Origin: Rhodothermales bacterium
GTDB lineage: Bacteria > Bacteroidota > Rhodothermia > Rhodothermales > VXPQ01
Length of the DNA: 64,000 bases
NCBI GenBank assembly: GCA_040904565.1
Contig: JBBDTI010000030.1
Coordinates: 59,772-123,771 of the forward strand
Direction: 5' to 3'
The first letter of the stretch is position 1; each line of letters starts with the position of its first letter. Below, one piece after another: positions 38,916 through 48,520 of this stretch. A model generated the notes under the pieces. That model was given only the letters and a program-made list of their open reading frames with translations. It was not told the DNA's origin and made no database searches. The translations under genes and the position numbers were made by a program.

Positions 38916-39479
38916 TCACAGGCGGCTGAGGGATTCGTACGTCGGCACGAGATCAGATCGGTCTAACGCACGCTCGAGCCGCTCGAGAATGTCTCGCACG
39001 CGGGCCTCGTCGAGCGCCGGTCCTTGCTTCTCAAGGATACCCCGCACGTCTTCCAGATCCTTTGGACGTCCCGCAAGAATCTTGATCGCGACCAGATCCT
39101 CAGGACTCAAGAAGGGGATGCGTGCGTTTTCGATGTCTACCGGTACCGCTCGCTCGAGGAACTCTCGCTCCAATCCTGGACCCGCGAAAATGATGTCGAC
39201 GGGAATACCACTCGCCGCATGTACTACCGGCGCAGCGCGGGTCCGGCGCACGAATTGCTCCAATTCGTCGACTCGAGCCTCGTATCCGGACTCGTACAGC
39301 GCAACGGCCAGTTCGGAGATCTCTTCGACAGCCAGGTCGATCGTCACGTCAATGTCAAGCGTCTGACGCGGACGGCCGAACACGACGACGGCCTGCGCTC
39401 CGAATACGTACCAGTCAATTCCGCGACGCTGAAAGAGAGTGTCCAGGTCGGCCAGTACGTCACTAACGGTAGCCATCAC
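38916..39479 (-). CDS. Nucleotidyltransferase (DUF6036-like)
   Basis: VFGAQAV..GRPRQTLDIDV, VDII, EDLVAIKILAGRPKDLEDV. Confidence 0.82.
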   Translation of the reverse strand: MMATVSDVLADLDTLFQRRGIDWYVFGAQAVVVFGRPRQTLDIDVTIDLAVEEISELAVALYESGYEARVDELEQFVRRTRAAPVVHAASGIPVDIIFAGPGLEREFLERAVPVDIENARIPFLSPEDLVAIKILAGRPKDLEDVRGILEKQGPALDEARVRDILERLERALDRSDLVPTYESLSRL

Positions 39480-39714
39480 CTGTCATGAAAAGTTGGCGGG
39501 CTATGCGGATATGCGTCTCAAGATCGGCCTCTCGCGCTACATCGTCAGGCCAGTCCGGTCGCAGCGACAGCGTGTACCGACGAAGTTCGTCGGCGACTCG
39601 GAGTCGATCCGCCGGCGCTAAATCGAGGTCTGCCCAGTAACGATGCTTCAGGCGCTCGATTTCCGCCCAGGGTCGTGAGGCGAAGTCCCTGAGTGATTCA
39701 TCGGATGTTTCCAT
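39463..39714 (-). CDS. Small hypothetical protein overlapping the nucleotidyltransferase gene
   Basis: 83-aa ORF with plausible composition and a 17-bp overlap with the downstream gene. Confidence 0.7.
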   Translation of the reverse strand: METSDESLRDFASRPWAEIERLKHRYWADLDLAPADRLRVADELRRYTLSLRPDWPDDVAREADLETHIRIARQLFMTGDGYR

Positions 39715-39717
39715 CGA

Positions 39718-39756
39718 GCAGTGTATTCCAAGTAGTGTGTTCGGGGTAGTGTGTTC
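39718..39756. repeat. Three direct repeats G(C/T)AGTGT(A/G)TTC with 14-bp period
   Basis: Units at 39718, 39732 and 39746, directly upstream of the 83-aa gene. Confidence 0.7.
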
Positions 39757-39918
39757 GCGGACAATTGAGCAGCATGACAGGAGGATCGCGGCCGATACGT
39801 GCGGACATACTACAACGATTCGCCGTATGCGCGGGTTCTTACCGAACGTCGACGGACCGCGGCCTCAGGCACTTCACCGTTCGGCTTCACGGCATCGTCA
39901 AGATTAACTCGGCACGAC

Positions 39919-40332
39919 TCAAAGATCTCGGGGGAGCAGGCGCGGCTGCCCTTCGATCGCCACCGCACCAAAGTCTCGCAGATCCAGTGTGGCGATATCG
40001 GAGGCGCGCAGCCGCTCGGCGGTAGCGATGACGACGGCGTCTACCAGGCCGAGCTTAAGGGATGCGTACTGCTCACAAAGCGCGAGGGCACGCTGAAGGT
40101 CTTCGGGGTCGCCCCAATCGACGAACCATCGGCCCTCTGCGAGATCTCGAACGAACTCCATCGCCACGTCCGGGCCCAGGTGCTCTACCAACAGGTAATC
40201 GACTTCCGGAAGTACGGCCCAGGGGAGGACCCACGCCGCTGAGTCGTCCTCGAAGACGCCGAGCAGGATGCCGTGCTGTCGATCGTCGGCGTCGATCAGT
40301 GCGATCACCGCACCCGTGTCGGCGATTATCAC
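39919..40332 (-). CDS. vapC: PIN domain toxin (VapC-like)
   Basis: IIADTGAVIA, LPEVDYL, LGLVDAVVIA, IATLDLRDF. GTG start overlaps the antitoxin stop. Confidence 0.9.
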   Translation of the reverse strand: MIIADTGAVIALIDADDRQHGILLGVFEDDSAAWVLPWAVLPEVDYLLVEHLGPDVAMEFVRDLAEGRWFVDWGDPEDLQRALALCEQYASLKLGLVDAVVIATAERLRASDIATLDLRDFGAVAIEGQPRLLPRDL

Positions 40333-40583
40333 TCGTCTTGTCCGAATCCGTTCAGCAGTTCCTCCGCGCAATCGGCGACGTCACCCCGCCCGCTCCGTCC
40401 GGCCCCGATGCTTCTTGGCCGCAAGCGGCTCGTTCGGCGGCGCGCATACTCGGCGACGGCCTCCCGCACCAGCTCGGCAGCCGAACGACCCTCGGCCTGC
40501 GCGAGGCCTTTCAGCTTCCGGTAGTCATCGCTATCGAGATACACAGTGGTCTTTACGTTTCGCCGCTCGGGATCGGAGCTCAT
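40329..40583 (-). CDS. Ribbon-helix-helix (CopG) antitoxin
   Basis: KTTVYL..YRKLK..GRSAAELVREAV; an ATATGGT repeat/inverted repeat at about 40610-40633 is a plausible operator. Confidence 0.88.
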   Translation of the reverse strand: MSSDPERRNVKTTVYLDSDDYRKLKGLAQAEGRSAAELVREAVAEYARRRTSRLRPRSIGAGRSGRGDVADCAEELLNGFGQDE

Positions 40584-40810
40584 GACGGTAGCGCCGTCGA
40601 GTGGAATTATTATATGGTATATGGTAACATCATATCTTCGAACGTGGTTCCGGCTTCTCGAAGTAGGCCCAGCTGATCATACGGAGCCGCCGCCGATGCG
40701 AACGAGTCCGCCTGATCCTCGACGACCGGACGAAGACCCATCCTGAGAGCGTCGAAGGGTTTCATCCGCTATCCGAACAGACTGCGCAACAAGAATGACG
40801 ATCGAAAACA

Positions 40811-42868
40811 CTAGAAGCTCACGGCAGCACCGGCGCGCAGCATGCGTCCCGGCCCGGGAAGCCCGAGCTGCGATACCACGGGCGCATCGGTCAGATTGTC
40901 GCCGCGAATGAAGAGCTCCGCCGTCGCCACGCCCACGACGTGGTCGAAGCGATACCCGATGCGTGCATTCAGCGAAAGTGACGGATCCAGCGGCACGAAC
41001 GAATTGTCCTCGCTCTGGGAATAGGCCGCGCCGGTATAGACCGTTTCGAGAAGGGCCGAAAGTCCCGTCTGGCCGATATAGCGTAGCATGGCCGTACCGA
41101 GTACCTCCGGCCGCTCCGCGAGCCGAACGGGGTCGTCCGCTTCGTCCCGGAGTGACCGGACGTCCATGAACGTGACGTGGCCGTTCACGGCGAGATAGCG
41201 CACGGGCCGAACCTCAGCCACAAGCTCCACCCCCAAGATCCGGCTGCCTTTCAGGTTGATGCGCTGCCGCCGCCGCTGTCCGTCTACCGTGACGTGCAAT
41301 TGACCTATACTTTCGGAGGTTCGGTTTAAGAAAGGGACGATCTCCATCGAAAAAGAGGATTGCGCGAGTCCTCCTCCCGCTTCGGCGATCAGTGCTGATT
41401 CGGGGGCGAGATCGGGATTGACCAGGAATCGGTGCATTGCTTCACCGAAAAGCTCCCGCATCGTGGGGAACCGCGTCTTGCGTCCGGCGGCGGCGCGGAG
41501 GTAGAAGCCTTCGATGCCGTCGTAGCGTCCTCCCAGTGTCGCACTGTATGCGCGGAAGGGATCGCGCTCCGGTTTGTCGCCCGTTTTGGGCATGAACATG
41601 ACGTCGCGGCCGGCACTCATCGTTAGCGTGAACCGGCGCGTTACCGGTAACTCGTACGCGGCGCCGAGGCTGAGGAGGCGCTGGCGATAGGCAAAGCGGG
41701 GGGCCACGTCGGGCAGCGCGTCCTTGTTCTCGTCGAAATCCATCTCGCGCTGGTGGTGGGTCGAGATGAGACCGTTGCCGGCCACGCGCAGTGTGCCGGG
41801 TCCAATCTCACGCGCTACCGTCAATCGGATACCGTGCGTCAGGTCGCTGTCTTCCTGCCGCGATCTTGCGTGGTCGAAATCGAGGGAGCCATACGCGTCG
41901 ATCGTCTGCTCGAATCGGCCCGTCCAGCTCGTGGCCTTCCAGCGCGTAGGTCCGGCCAGGCGACCCTCGCCGCTGAATATGCCCATCGTGTAGCGCCAGA
42001 GAGGATAGCGCCAGAGCCGCGCGCGGTCGGTCGGCACGTGCCCCTCCGGCGCCACGCCCTGCTGCGCCTCCACATGGTAGATGGTCGCGCCGAGCGTGGC
42101 GCGATCTCCGAATCGGTAGACGCCGCGCATGAATCCGTTTGCGACGCGGCGGTCCGTATTTGTACGCAGGGCACGCTCCAGCTGATTAAACGGAAGCCGC
42201 GCATCGTCGGGAAGCGGCATGCCCTCCCGCTCGAAAAATCCGACCGAGGCGGCATAACCCAGTCCACCGATTCGTCCGCGATGCGTAATCTCCGCCTGGA
42301 TCGTTCCTGCCGTCCCGCCAAGCGCCGAGGCCTCGGTGAATTGCCCTTCCGAGGCGAGGGAAGGCGAGGTGATGTGGATGACGCCGCCGGGAACGTTGGC
42401 ACCGTATTCGACGGCTGCAACACCTCGAGTCACCGTCATGCCGCCGACCATTCCGCCCGGGATCAGGGCAAGGTCGAGGCGGTTGTCCCACGGCACGTTG
42501 AGCGCGGCTCCGTCGTAGAAGATAGCTGTCTGGCGCTCGTCGCTTCCGCGCAGATAGACGAGGGTCTCGCCGCGAGAGTTCGTCGTGACGTGCGCTGCGG
42601 CCACCTGGCGGAGCAGCCCGGCGGCCGACGGCGCCTCGACCCCCTCGATAACGGACACCGGTAGGCGCTGTACCGTGGAGACCTCATCCCGCTCCCGCTG
42701 ACCGGCCCGCACGACGACCTCCTTCAGGCTGCCGGAGAGCAAGGAGTCGGGTTCCGTTCTCTCGTCGACATCTTGTGCGGCTGTAGGACCCGCCGCCGGC
42801 ACGGCGATCAATCCCAAAATTATCAGGATGCCCCGCATCCTGCATCTGAACGATGTCAGGCGCATCAT
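40811..42868 (-). CDS. TonB-dependent receptor
   Basis: Signal peptide, LKEVVV TonB box, plug YLRG..GGVIHI, NPDLAPE, C-terminal Phe. Confidence 0.9.
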   Translation of the reverse strand: MMRLTSFRCRMRGILIILGLIAVPAAGPTAAQDVDERTEPDSLLSGSLKEVVVRAGQRERDEVSTVQRLPVSVIEGVEAPSAAGLLRQVAAAHVTTNSRGETLVYLRGSDERQTAIFYDGAALNVPWDNRLDLALIPGGMVGGMTVTRGVAAVEYGANVPGGVIHITSPSLASEGQFTEASALGGTAGTIQAEITHRGRIGGLGYAASVGFFEREGMPLPDDARLPFNQLERALRTNTDRRVANGFMRGVYRFGDRATLGATIYHVEAQQGVAPEGHVPTDRARLWRYPLWRYTMGIFSGEGRLAGPTRWKATSWTGRFEQTIDAYGSLDFDHARSRQEDSDLTHGIRLTVAREIGPGTLRVAGNGLISTHHQREMDFDENKDALPDVAPRFAYRQRLLSLGAAYELPVTRRFTLTMSAGRDVMFMPKTGDKPERDPFRAYSATLGGRYDGIEGFYLRAAAGRKTRFPTMRELFGEAMHRFLVNPDLAPESALIAEAGGGLAQSSFSMEIVPFLNRTSESIGQLHVTVDGQRRRQRINLKGSRILGVELVAEVRPVRYLAVNGHVTFMDVRSLRDEADDPVRLAERPEVLGTAMLRYIGQTGLSALLETVYTGAAYSQSEDNSFVPLDPSLSLNARIGYRFDHVVGVATAELFIRGDNLTDAPVVSQLGLPGPGRMLRAGAAVSF

Positions 42869-43057
42869 TAATTTAATTCGATTCCCTTATCCATCCTGCC
42901 GGATCCCGGCCGCGTGCCGTGGTTCTCGCAAGCGACGGGACCGCGCACCGCGCGGGGTGAACGTGCGCACGTCGGAAAATGTACCGGTGGACTAACGTAC
43001 TGGGATGGTGGAGTAGGGAGGATAGGGAGAGGAATGGATGTGTTGCAAGCGGGGGGG

Positions 43058-43138
43058 GGCGGCTACCAGCGTCACGACGTTCTCTCCTGGCAGTTTGAGA
43101 CCGGAGGCCGGAGCATTGCGGATGAGGCGACCCCGTAG
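43058..43138 (+). pseudogene. 3' remnant of a second L-type lectin gene
   Basis: GGYQRHDVLSWQFETGGRSIAD closely matches the C-terminus encoded at 38752-38817. Confidence 0.8.
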
Positions 43139-43275
43139 GTGGTTGTCGGAAGTGAGACGTACTTTAGTGTTCCCCAAAAAGGCTCGTTTATCATTGCGTA
43201 GAATGGGCCGGTTGACAGCGAGGAAGTCACACTCCGAGCTTCCCCATCCTCCCTCCGCACCATTTGCATGCTCGT

Positions 43276-44784
43276 ATGCGATGTCTTTCCCTTGTGACAC
43301 TGCTGATTCTCCTCGCCGCCTGCTCATCCGGCGACGTCCCGCGGGACGGGACCGGCGCCGCCGAGCGCATCCGGCCCTTCGCGGATAATCCCCACTACCT
43401 GGCCTGGGGCGGCGTGCCGATCTTTCCTCTGGGCGCGTCCGGGTACCACAGCTGGACGCCGATCAGCCGGCCCGGCACGGTTGGTTTCGAAGCACAGCTC
43501 GACCGGCTGGCCCGCGTCATCGACGCGATCGGCAGCCCCCACGTACGGGGGCTCGTGCGCGTGCTGCCGTACGACCCGATGAACCACATGCACGATGGAA
43601 CGGTGGCGCGCGTACTCCAGCCGTGGGTGCGACTCGAGGATGGACGATATGATTTGGAACACTTCGAGCCCGCCTGGGAGGAGCGGCTGCGCGCGTACCT
43701 GGATGCGGCGCTGGCGCGGCGGATCGTCGTGTCACTGGAGATCTGGGACGACTGGTCCGTCACGCGCGGCCCCGGCGGCCAGTACGACCCGGGAGAAGGC
43801 GGCGCGTGGAATGCACACCCTTTCAACCCACGCAACAACGTGAACTACGGCGAGGACATGCTGCCGCGGACGACGGCGGTCTGCGAGGCGCCGTTCTACA
43901 GCACGATTCCCGCTCGCGCCGGCATCGATCCGGTGGTGGTCCTGCAGAAGCGCTACGTGGACCGCCTGCTCGAGATCGCAGCCGGATATCCCAACGTGCT
44001 GCTGAAGGTGTCCAACGAGAGCCGCGCGCACCTGGACTGGAGCCGCTTCTGGGCAGCCTACGTCCGGGAGCGGGCGCCGGACGTAATGATCGGAGAGATG
44101 CCCTCGACCAACCGCCGCGATGGCGGCGGCGAATGCGAGGACGCCTTCAGTCCCCTGACGCTCGCGACGGATCCTCACTATGATTACGTGGACGTCGCGC
44201 AGGGCGTCTCCGGACACGAGTTTGGGAGTCCCCGAGAACAGGCGCTCGAGGGCGCCCGGCGGATCGACGTGTACCGCCAGGCCATGGCGCGAGCGGAAAC
44301 GCCGCGTCCGCTGATCGTGTCCAAGGACTATACCCGGGGACCGGACGGCGGGGACGTGGTACTGTGGAGCCGGTTCATTGGCGGCGCGGCCGCCGCCCGC
44401 TTCCACCGCCCGGGCGTGGATCAAGGCAAGGACGTCGTGGCGTTCCAGCACGACGCCGTCGAGCGCCTCGGTCGGTTCATCGCCGAGGTGCCCTTCTGGC
44501 GCATGCAGCCGGCGCCGGAGCTCATCAGCCTGCTGCCGAACGGCGCGGGGGCGAACGTCCTGGCCGAGGCAAACGGGCACGTCGTGATCCAGTTGCTCGA
44601 CGGCCGTACGGGAGAACGCCTGCACCTTGAGCTGGCCCCCGGCACGTGGACGGTACGCTGGCTCGACCCGGCGCGTGGACGGGAGATTCAGCGGGGGGAG
44701 GCCGCCGTCGCACAATCCTCACTGCACGTCGACATACCATCAGACCTCGACCACCAGATCCTGCATCTATCCCCAAACAATTGA
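43276..44784 (+). CDS. Lipoprotein with a putative glycoside-hydrolase-like barrel and C-terminal beta-sandwich
   Basis: Lipobox LAA|C; NVLLKVSNE motif; WTVRWLDPARG tail. Family not resolved. Confidence 0.6.
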   Translation: MRCLSLVTLLILLAACSSGDVPRDGTGAAERIRPFADNPHYLAWGGVPIFPLGASGYHSWTPISRPGTVGFEAQLDRLARVIDAIGSPHVRGLVRVLPYDPMNHMHDGTVARVLQPWVRLEDGRYDLEHFEPAWEERLRAYLDAALARRIVVSLEIWDDWSVTRGPGGQYDPGEGGAWNAHPFNPRNNVNYGEDMLPRTTAVCEAPFYSTIPARAGIDPVVVLQKRYVDRLLEIAAGYPNVLLKVSNESRAHLDWSRFWAAYVRERAPDVMIGEMPSTNRRDGGGECEDAFSPLTLATDPHYDYVDVAQGVSGHEFGSPREQALEGARRIDVYRQAMARAETPRPLIVSKDYTRGPDGGDVVLWSRFIGGAAAARFHRPGVDQGKDVVAFQHDAVERLGRFIAEVPFWRMQPAPELISLLPNGAGANVLAEANGHVVIQLLDGRTGERLHLELAPGTWTVRWLDPARGREIQRGEAAVAQSSLHVDIPSDLDHQILHLSPNN

Positions 44785-44943
44785 GCGACGAGCGCCGGAC
44801 GCTGCCCGAGATAATCGAGCCGGATTGCGTCAACGACCATGCGGGCGCGGCCCCTCTGAATCCCGATGCTATCCGGTCTCGCAGATTTCCTACATTCTAC
44901 CGGCAAGCATAGACCATCCAACGATTCGTCTCGCTAAACGTAG

Positions 44944-46407
44944 ATGGAAACCATGGCACGACGACTGCTGATACTGTTTGTTACTGCACTTGTGGGCGTG
45001 CACGTCGGGTACGCTCAGCAAGCGCGAAACATCGTGTTCATTCTGAGCGACGACCACCGCTACGACTACATGGGCTTTCACCCGAACGCGCCCGATTTCC
45101 TCGAAACGCCGGGCATGGACCGCATGGCGGCGCAAGGGGCACACCTGGCCAATGCATTCGTGAGCACGTCGCTCTGCTCGCCGAGCCGGGCCTCCATTCT
45201 GACCGGACAGTATCCGTTTCGCCACGGCGTCGTCGACAACCAGAACGTGATGCCCGAGGGCATACCGATGGTTTCCGAGGCCCTCCAGGAGGCCGGCTAT
45301 CAGACCGGCTACTTCGGTAAATGGCACATCGGACACGATCACGACGATCCGAAGCCGGGTTTCGATCGGTGGGTCAGCTTCATGGGGCAGGGGGTGTACT
45401 ATGATCCGACGCTGAACGTGGACGGCGAACGCGCCGAATACGAAGGGTACATCACCGATCTGCTGACCGACTTCACGCTGGACTGGCTGGACGAGATCGA
45501 CCGTGACCGGCCTTTCATGGCCTACCTGTCGCACAAGGCCGTGCACGCGGAGTTCGAACCGGCGCAGCGGCACGAGGGTGAATATGCGGACGCATACATC
45601 CCAATGCCGTCGTCGATGAAGAACATCGAGCAGAATTATGAGGGCAAGCCCGATTGGGTGCGCGAGCAGCGCTACAGCTGGCACGGGGTGGAGTACATGT
45701 ACCACGAGCGCGACGATCACCCGGCCAGCCTGGAGGATCTCATCGTGCGCTACAGCGAATCGCTCCTGGCCGTGGATGAGAGCGTTCAGCGAGTGCTCGA
45801 TTATCTGGAAGCAGAGGGCCTTGCGGAGGAGACGCTCGTCATTTACATGGGCGACAACGGGTTCATGCTCGGCGAGCACGGGCTGATCGACAAACGGCAG
45901 GCCTACGAGGAGTCGATGCGGGTGCCCATGCTGGCCTGGGCGCCGGGTCTCATCGAGCCGGGTTCGGTCATCGAGGAGAACGTGATGAACATCGACATCA
46001 CGCCTACTTTTCTGGACCTGGCGGGTGGATCCATGCCGGCGGGGCACGTCGTCGACGGCCGGTCATTCCGCCCCCTGCTTTCCGGTGAGCCGGTCGGAGA
46101 CTGGCGTTCCACCTTCCTCTACCAGTATTTCTGGGAGGATGCATTTCCGCACACGCCCACGACCTACGCCATTCGAGGCGATCGGTATAAGTACATCTAT
46201 TACCACGGGGTGTGGGACGACCACGAGTTCTACGACCTGCGGACCGATCCCATGGAGATGCGCAACCTGATCGACGTGCCGGAGCACCAGGACCGGATCC
46301 AGGCGATGCGCGACGAGATGTTCGATCTCTTCGAGGAGACCGGAGCCACGGATGTCAAATTCCGCCGCCCGTCGAACTTCCGGGCCGACGAACGGGAGCT
46401 CCATTGA
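44944..46407 (+). CDS. Formylglycine-dependent sulfatase (S1)
   Basis: Signal peptide, NIVFILSDD, CSPSRASILTG (CxPxR), GKWH, GDNG, YDLRTDP.EMRNL. Confidence 0.95.
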   Translation: METMARRLLILFVTALVGVHVGYAQQARNIVFILSDDHRYDYMGFHPNAPDFLETPGMDRMAAQGAHLANAFVSTSLCSPSRASILTGQYPFRHGVVDNQNVMPEGIPMVSEALQEAGYQTGYFGKWHIGHDHDDPKPGFDRWVSFMGQGVYYDPTLNVDGERAEYEGYITDLLTDFTLDWLDEIDRDRPFMAYLSHKAVHAEFEPAQRHEGEYADAYIPMPSSMKNIEQNYEGKPDWVREQRYSWHGVEYMYHERDDHPASLEDLIVRYSESLLAVDESVQRVLDYLEAEGLAEETLVIYMGDNGFMLGEHGLIDKRQAYEESMRVPMLAWAPGLIEPGSVIEENVMNIDITPTFLDLAGGSMPAGHVVDGRSFRPLLSGEPVGDWRSTFLYQYFWEDAFPHTPTTYAIRGDRYKYIYYHGVWDDHEFYDLRTDPMEMRNLIDVPEHQDRIQAMRDEMFDLFEETGATDVKFRRPSNFRADERELH

Positions 46408-46474
46408 GAGGCGCGGTTTCCAGTCCTGCTCCTTCCTGCACGAGACGCGCACCGGCCGGCAGCCCGTCTACCAC

Positions 46475-48154
46475 TTATTCGTACTGGACCACCTGTCCGT
46501 CTTCGAGAAGCTGTTCCTTCAGCGCCTCGTAGTCGACGTTTTGCACGGCTACGTCGGTGTCGATCGCCAGCACGGCGGCCGTCGCGGCACTCTGGCCCAG
46601 GATCATAAATACGGGCTCCATACGAATCGAACCGAAGGCGATGTGGGAGCTCGACAAGGCGATGGGTACGAGCAGGTTGCGCACCTCGTCGGCCTGCGGG
46701 ACGAGCGATCCGTAGGCGATGGCGTACGGCACCGGCGGCGATACGCCGATGTCGCCCTCGTTCTGCACGTATCCCTCGGGCGTGACGTAGCGCTGCACGT
46801 TGTGCGAATCCATCGTGTACGACCCCATGCCGACCGGCTGCGGCACCTCGCGCTTGCCGAGGATGTCGTGTTCGGTCATGATGTACGCCCCGATCATCCG
46901 CCGGGCCTCGCGCACGTAGATCTGATGAGGCCAGTGCCCATTGTCGACGAACTCATCCTTCGCGAGGCCCCATCGGTTCACCTCGTCCTGTATTTCCCGC
47001 GGCACCCTCGGATCGTTCGCCAGAAAGTACATGAGACCCTTCTGGTAGACTTCGTGCTCCTTGATGATCTCCTTCCGGCGTTCGTAGGAAGCTTCGGGAT
47101 ACGCGTAGTTCATCCCGATGTTGTCGGTGCTGAACGGACCGTGATTGTTCGTGTCCGTCTTCCGGTTGGGGATGGGGTCGTACTTCGCGAAGAAATTATT
47201 CCGCTCGTGCCAGCCGGTCTCGAACATACGGAGCAGCCCCAGGTACTGCCCTGAATCGTAGCTGTCGGGCATCGGGAACGGCACCTGGTTGTCCGGATGG
47301 CTGCTCAGGCACATCCGGAAGCAGTAGGCCTGAATCTTTTTGTCGCCGCTGCCTTTCTCCCCTGGCGGAGCCGCGGAAACGCGCGGAATGATGCCGCTGG
47401 CTGGATTCCCCGGCGCGAAGTAGGGGTCGACCCGGTCGTCCTCCGGGTCGAAGTAGTGGCTGTGGTGGTAGACGCCCGTCTGCACGCCGTTCCACGTCTC
47501 CCCGTAGACGCTGTTGGCCTCGCGTCCGACGTGGTAGCTTGCGCCGGCGGCCGCCATCAAATCGCCTTCGTACGTCGCATCGATGAACATCCGGCCCCGA
47601 ACCGTCGTGCCGCTCAGCGTCTCGATCGACGTGATCCGACCGTCTTCGAGCGTCACGCCGTCCTTCCGGTCGAGCCACTCGTCACGCAGCACCAGCACGC
47701 CCGCCTCGGCGATCATGTCCTCGAAGACGCCCTCGGCCACGTGCGGCTCGAAAATCCACATCGTGCGCCTCTCCCGATCCACCGCCGGCGTACCCTGCCC
47801 GCGATTTCCGTACTCGTCGCGTTCTTGCCACTTCCAGGCTTCGGCCTGCTGGTAATGCAGGTACACGCGGTGATAGAACTCACGCGACAACCCGCCGATG
47901 ACCTCCTTATTGCCCGTATCCGTATAGCCGAGTCCGCCTGAGGACAGCCCACCCAGGTGGACGTCGGGCGATACGACCACGACCGATTTCCCCATGCGCG
48001 CGGCCTGCACGGCGGCCGTGACCGCGCCGGACGTACCGCCGTAAACGACCACGTCGGCCTCGAGCGACCGCAGCTGCGCTTCGACCGGTCCGGCGAGACC
48101 GAACAGGACGAAGGCGATAACGATAAATGTTGTGGGACCGAGGCGTTGATTCAT
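46475..48154 (-). CDS. FAD-dependent oxidoreductase, exported
   Basis: Signal peptide, DVVVYGGTSGAV, FIDATYEGD, YVREARR, SSSHIAFGSIRMEP. Start placed at MNQRLG. Confidence 0.9.
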   Translation of the reverse strand: MNQRLGPTTFIVIAFVLFGLAGPVEAQLRSLEADVVVYGGTSGAVTAAVQAARMGKSVVVVSPDVHLGGLSSGGLGYTDTGNKEVIGGLSREFYHRVYLHYQQAEAWKWQERDEYGNRGQGTPAVDRERRTMWIFEPHVAEGVFEDMIAEAGVLVLRDEWLDRKDGVTLEDGRITSIETLSGTTVRGRMFIDATYEGDLMAAAGASYHVGREANSVYGETWNGVQTGVYHHSHYFDPEDDRVDPYFAPGNPASGIIPRVSAAPPGEKGSGDKKIQAYCFRMCLSSHPDNQVPFPMPDSYDSGQYLGLLRMFETGWHERNNFFAKYDPIPNRKTDTNNHGPFSTDNIGMNYAYPEASYERRKEIIKEHEVYQKGLMYFLANDPRVPREIQDEVNRWGLAKDEFVDNGHWPHQIYVREARRMIGAYIMTEHDILGKREVPQPVGMGSYTMDSHNVQRYVTPEGYVQNEGDIGVSPPVPYAIAYGSLVPQADEVRNLLVPIALSSSHIAFGSIRMEPVFMILGQSAATAAVLAIDTDVAVQNVDYEALKEQLLEDGQVVQYE

Positions 48155-48274
48155 CGCGATGGGAAGATGTGGGTTTGAGGAAGGAGTGGACGCCTTTATA
48201 GTGCTCCGAATAGACACTCCGGGGGATCGGCGCCATAGATGGCAGGTTGACCAAGAAAACTAAGCTACGTCATC

Positions 48275-48442
48275 GTGACCATCATCAATACACACGAGGC
48301 AACGACCCGTCTCTCCGAGCTGCTGTGCAAGCTAAAGGCCGACGAGGAGATTATCATTGGTCGCGCAGCCTCGACCTGGGAGATCGCCCTCAAAAGCGCC
48401 TCGGCAAAAGTCTACCCTCGATCCATTTCGAATGAGATCTGA
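48275..48442 (+). pseudogene. Fused remnant of a Phd/YefM antitoxin and a PIN toxin
   Basis: Manual translation MTIINTHEATTRLSELL..EEIIIGRA (Phd-like) runs directly into ASTWEIALKS (PIN-like). Confidence 0.65.
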
Positions 48443-48463
48443 GGCCGTGGTTTACTTCATGAT

Positions 48464-48519
48464 TTACGTTTCGTAAATTACGAATCGCTACTTACGAAGC
48501 GTTAATTATGAATCGCGAG
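48464..48519. repeat. Four semi-palindromic units TTA(C/T)G-N3-CG with exact 14-bp period
   Basis: Units at 48464, 48478, 48492 and 48506, ending just before the ATG at 48521. Confidence 0.8.
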
Positions 48520-48520
48520 T

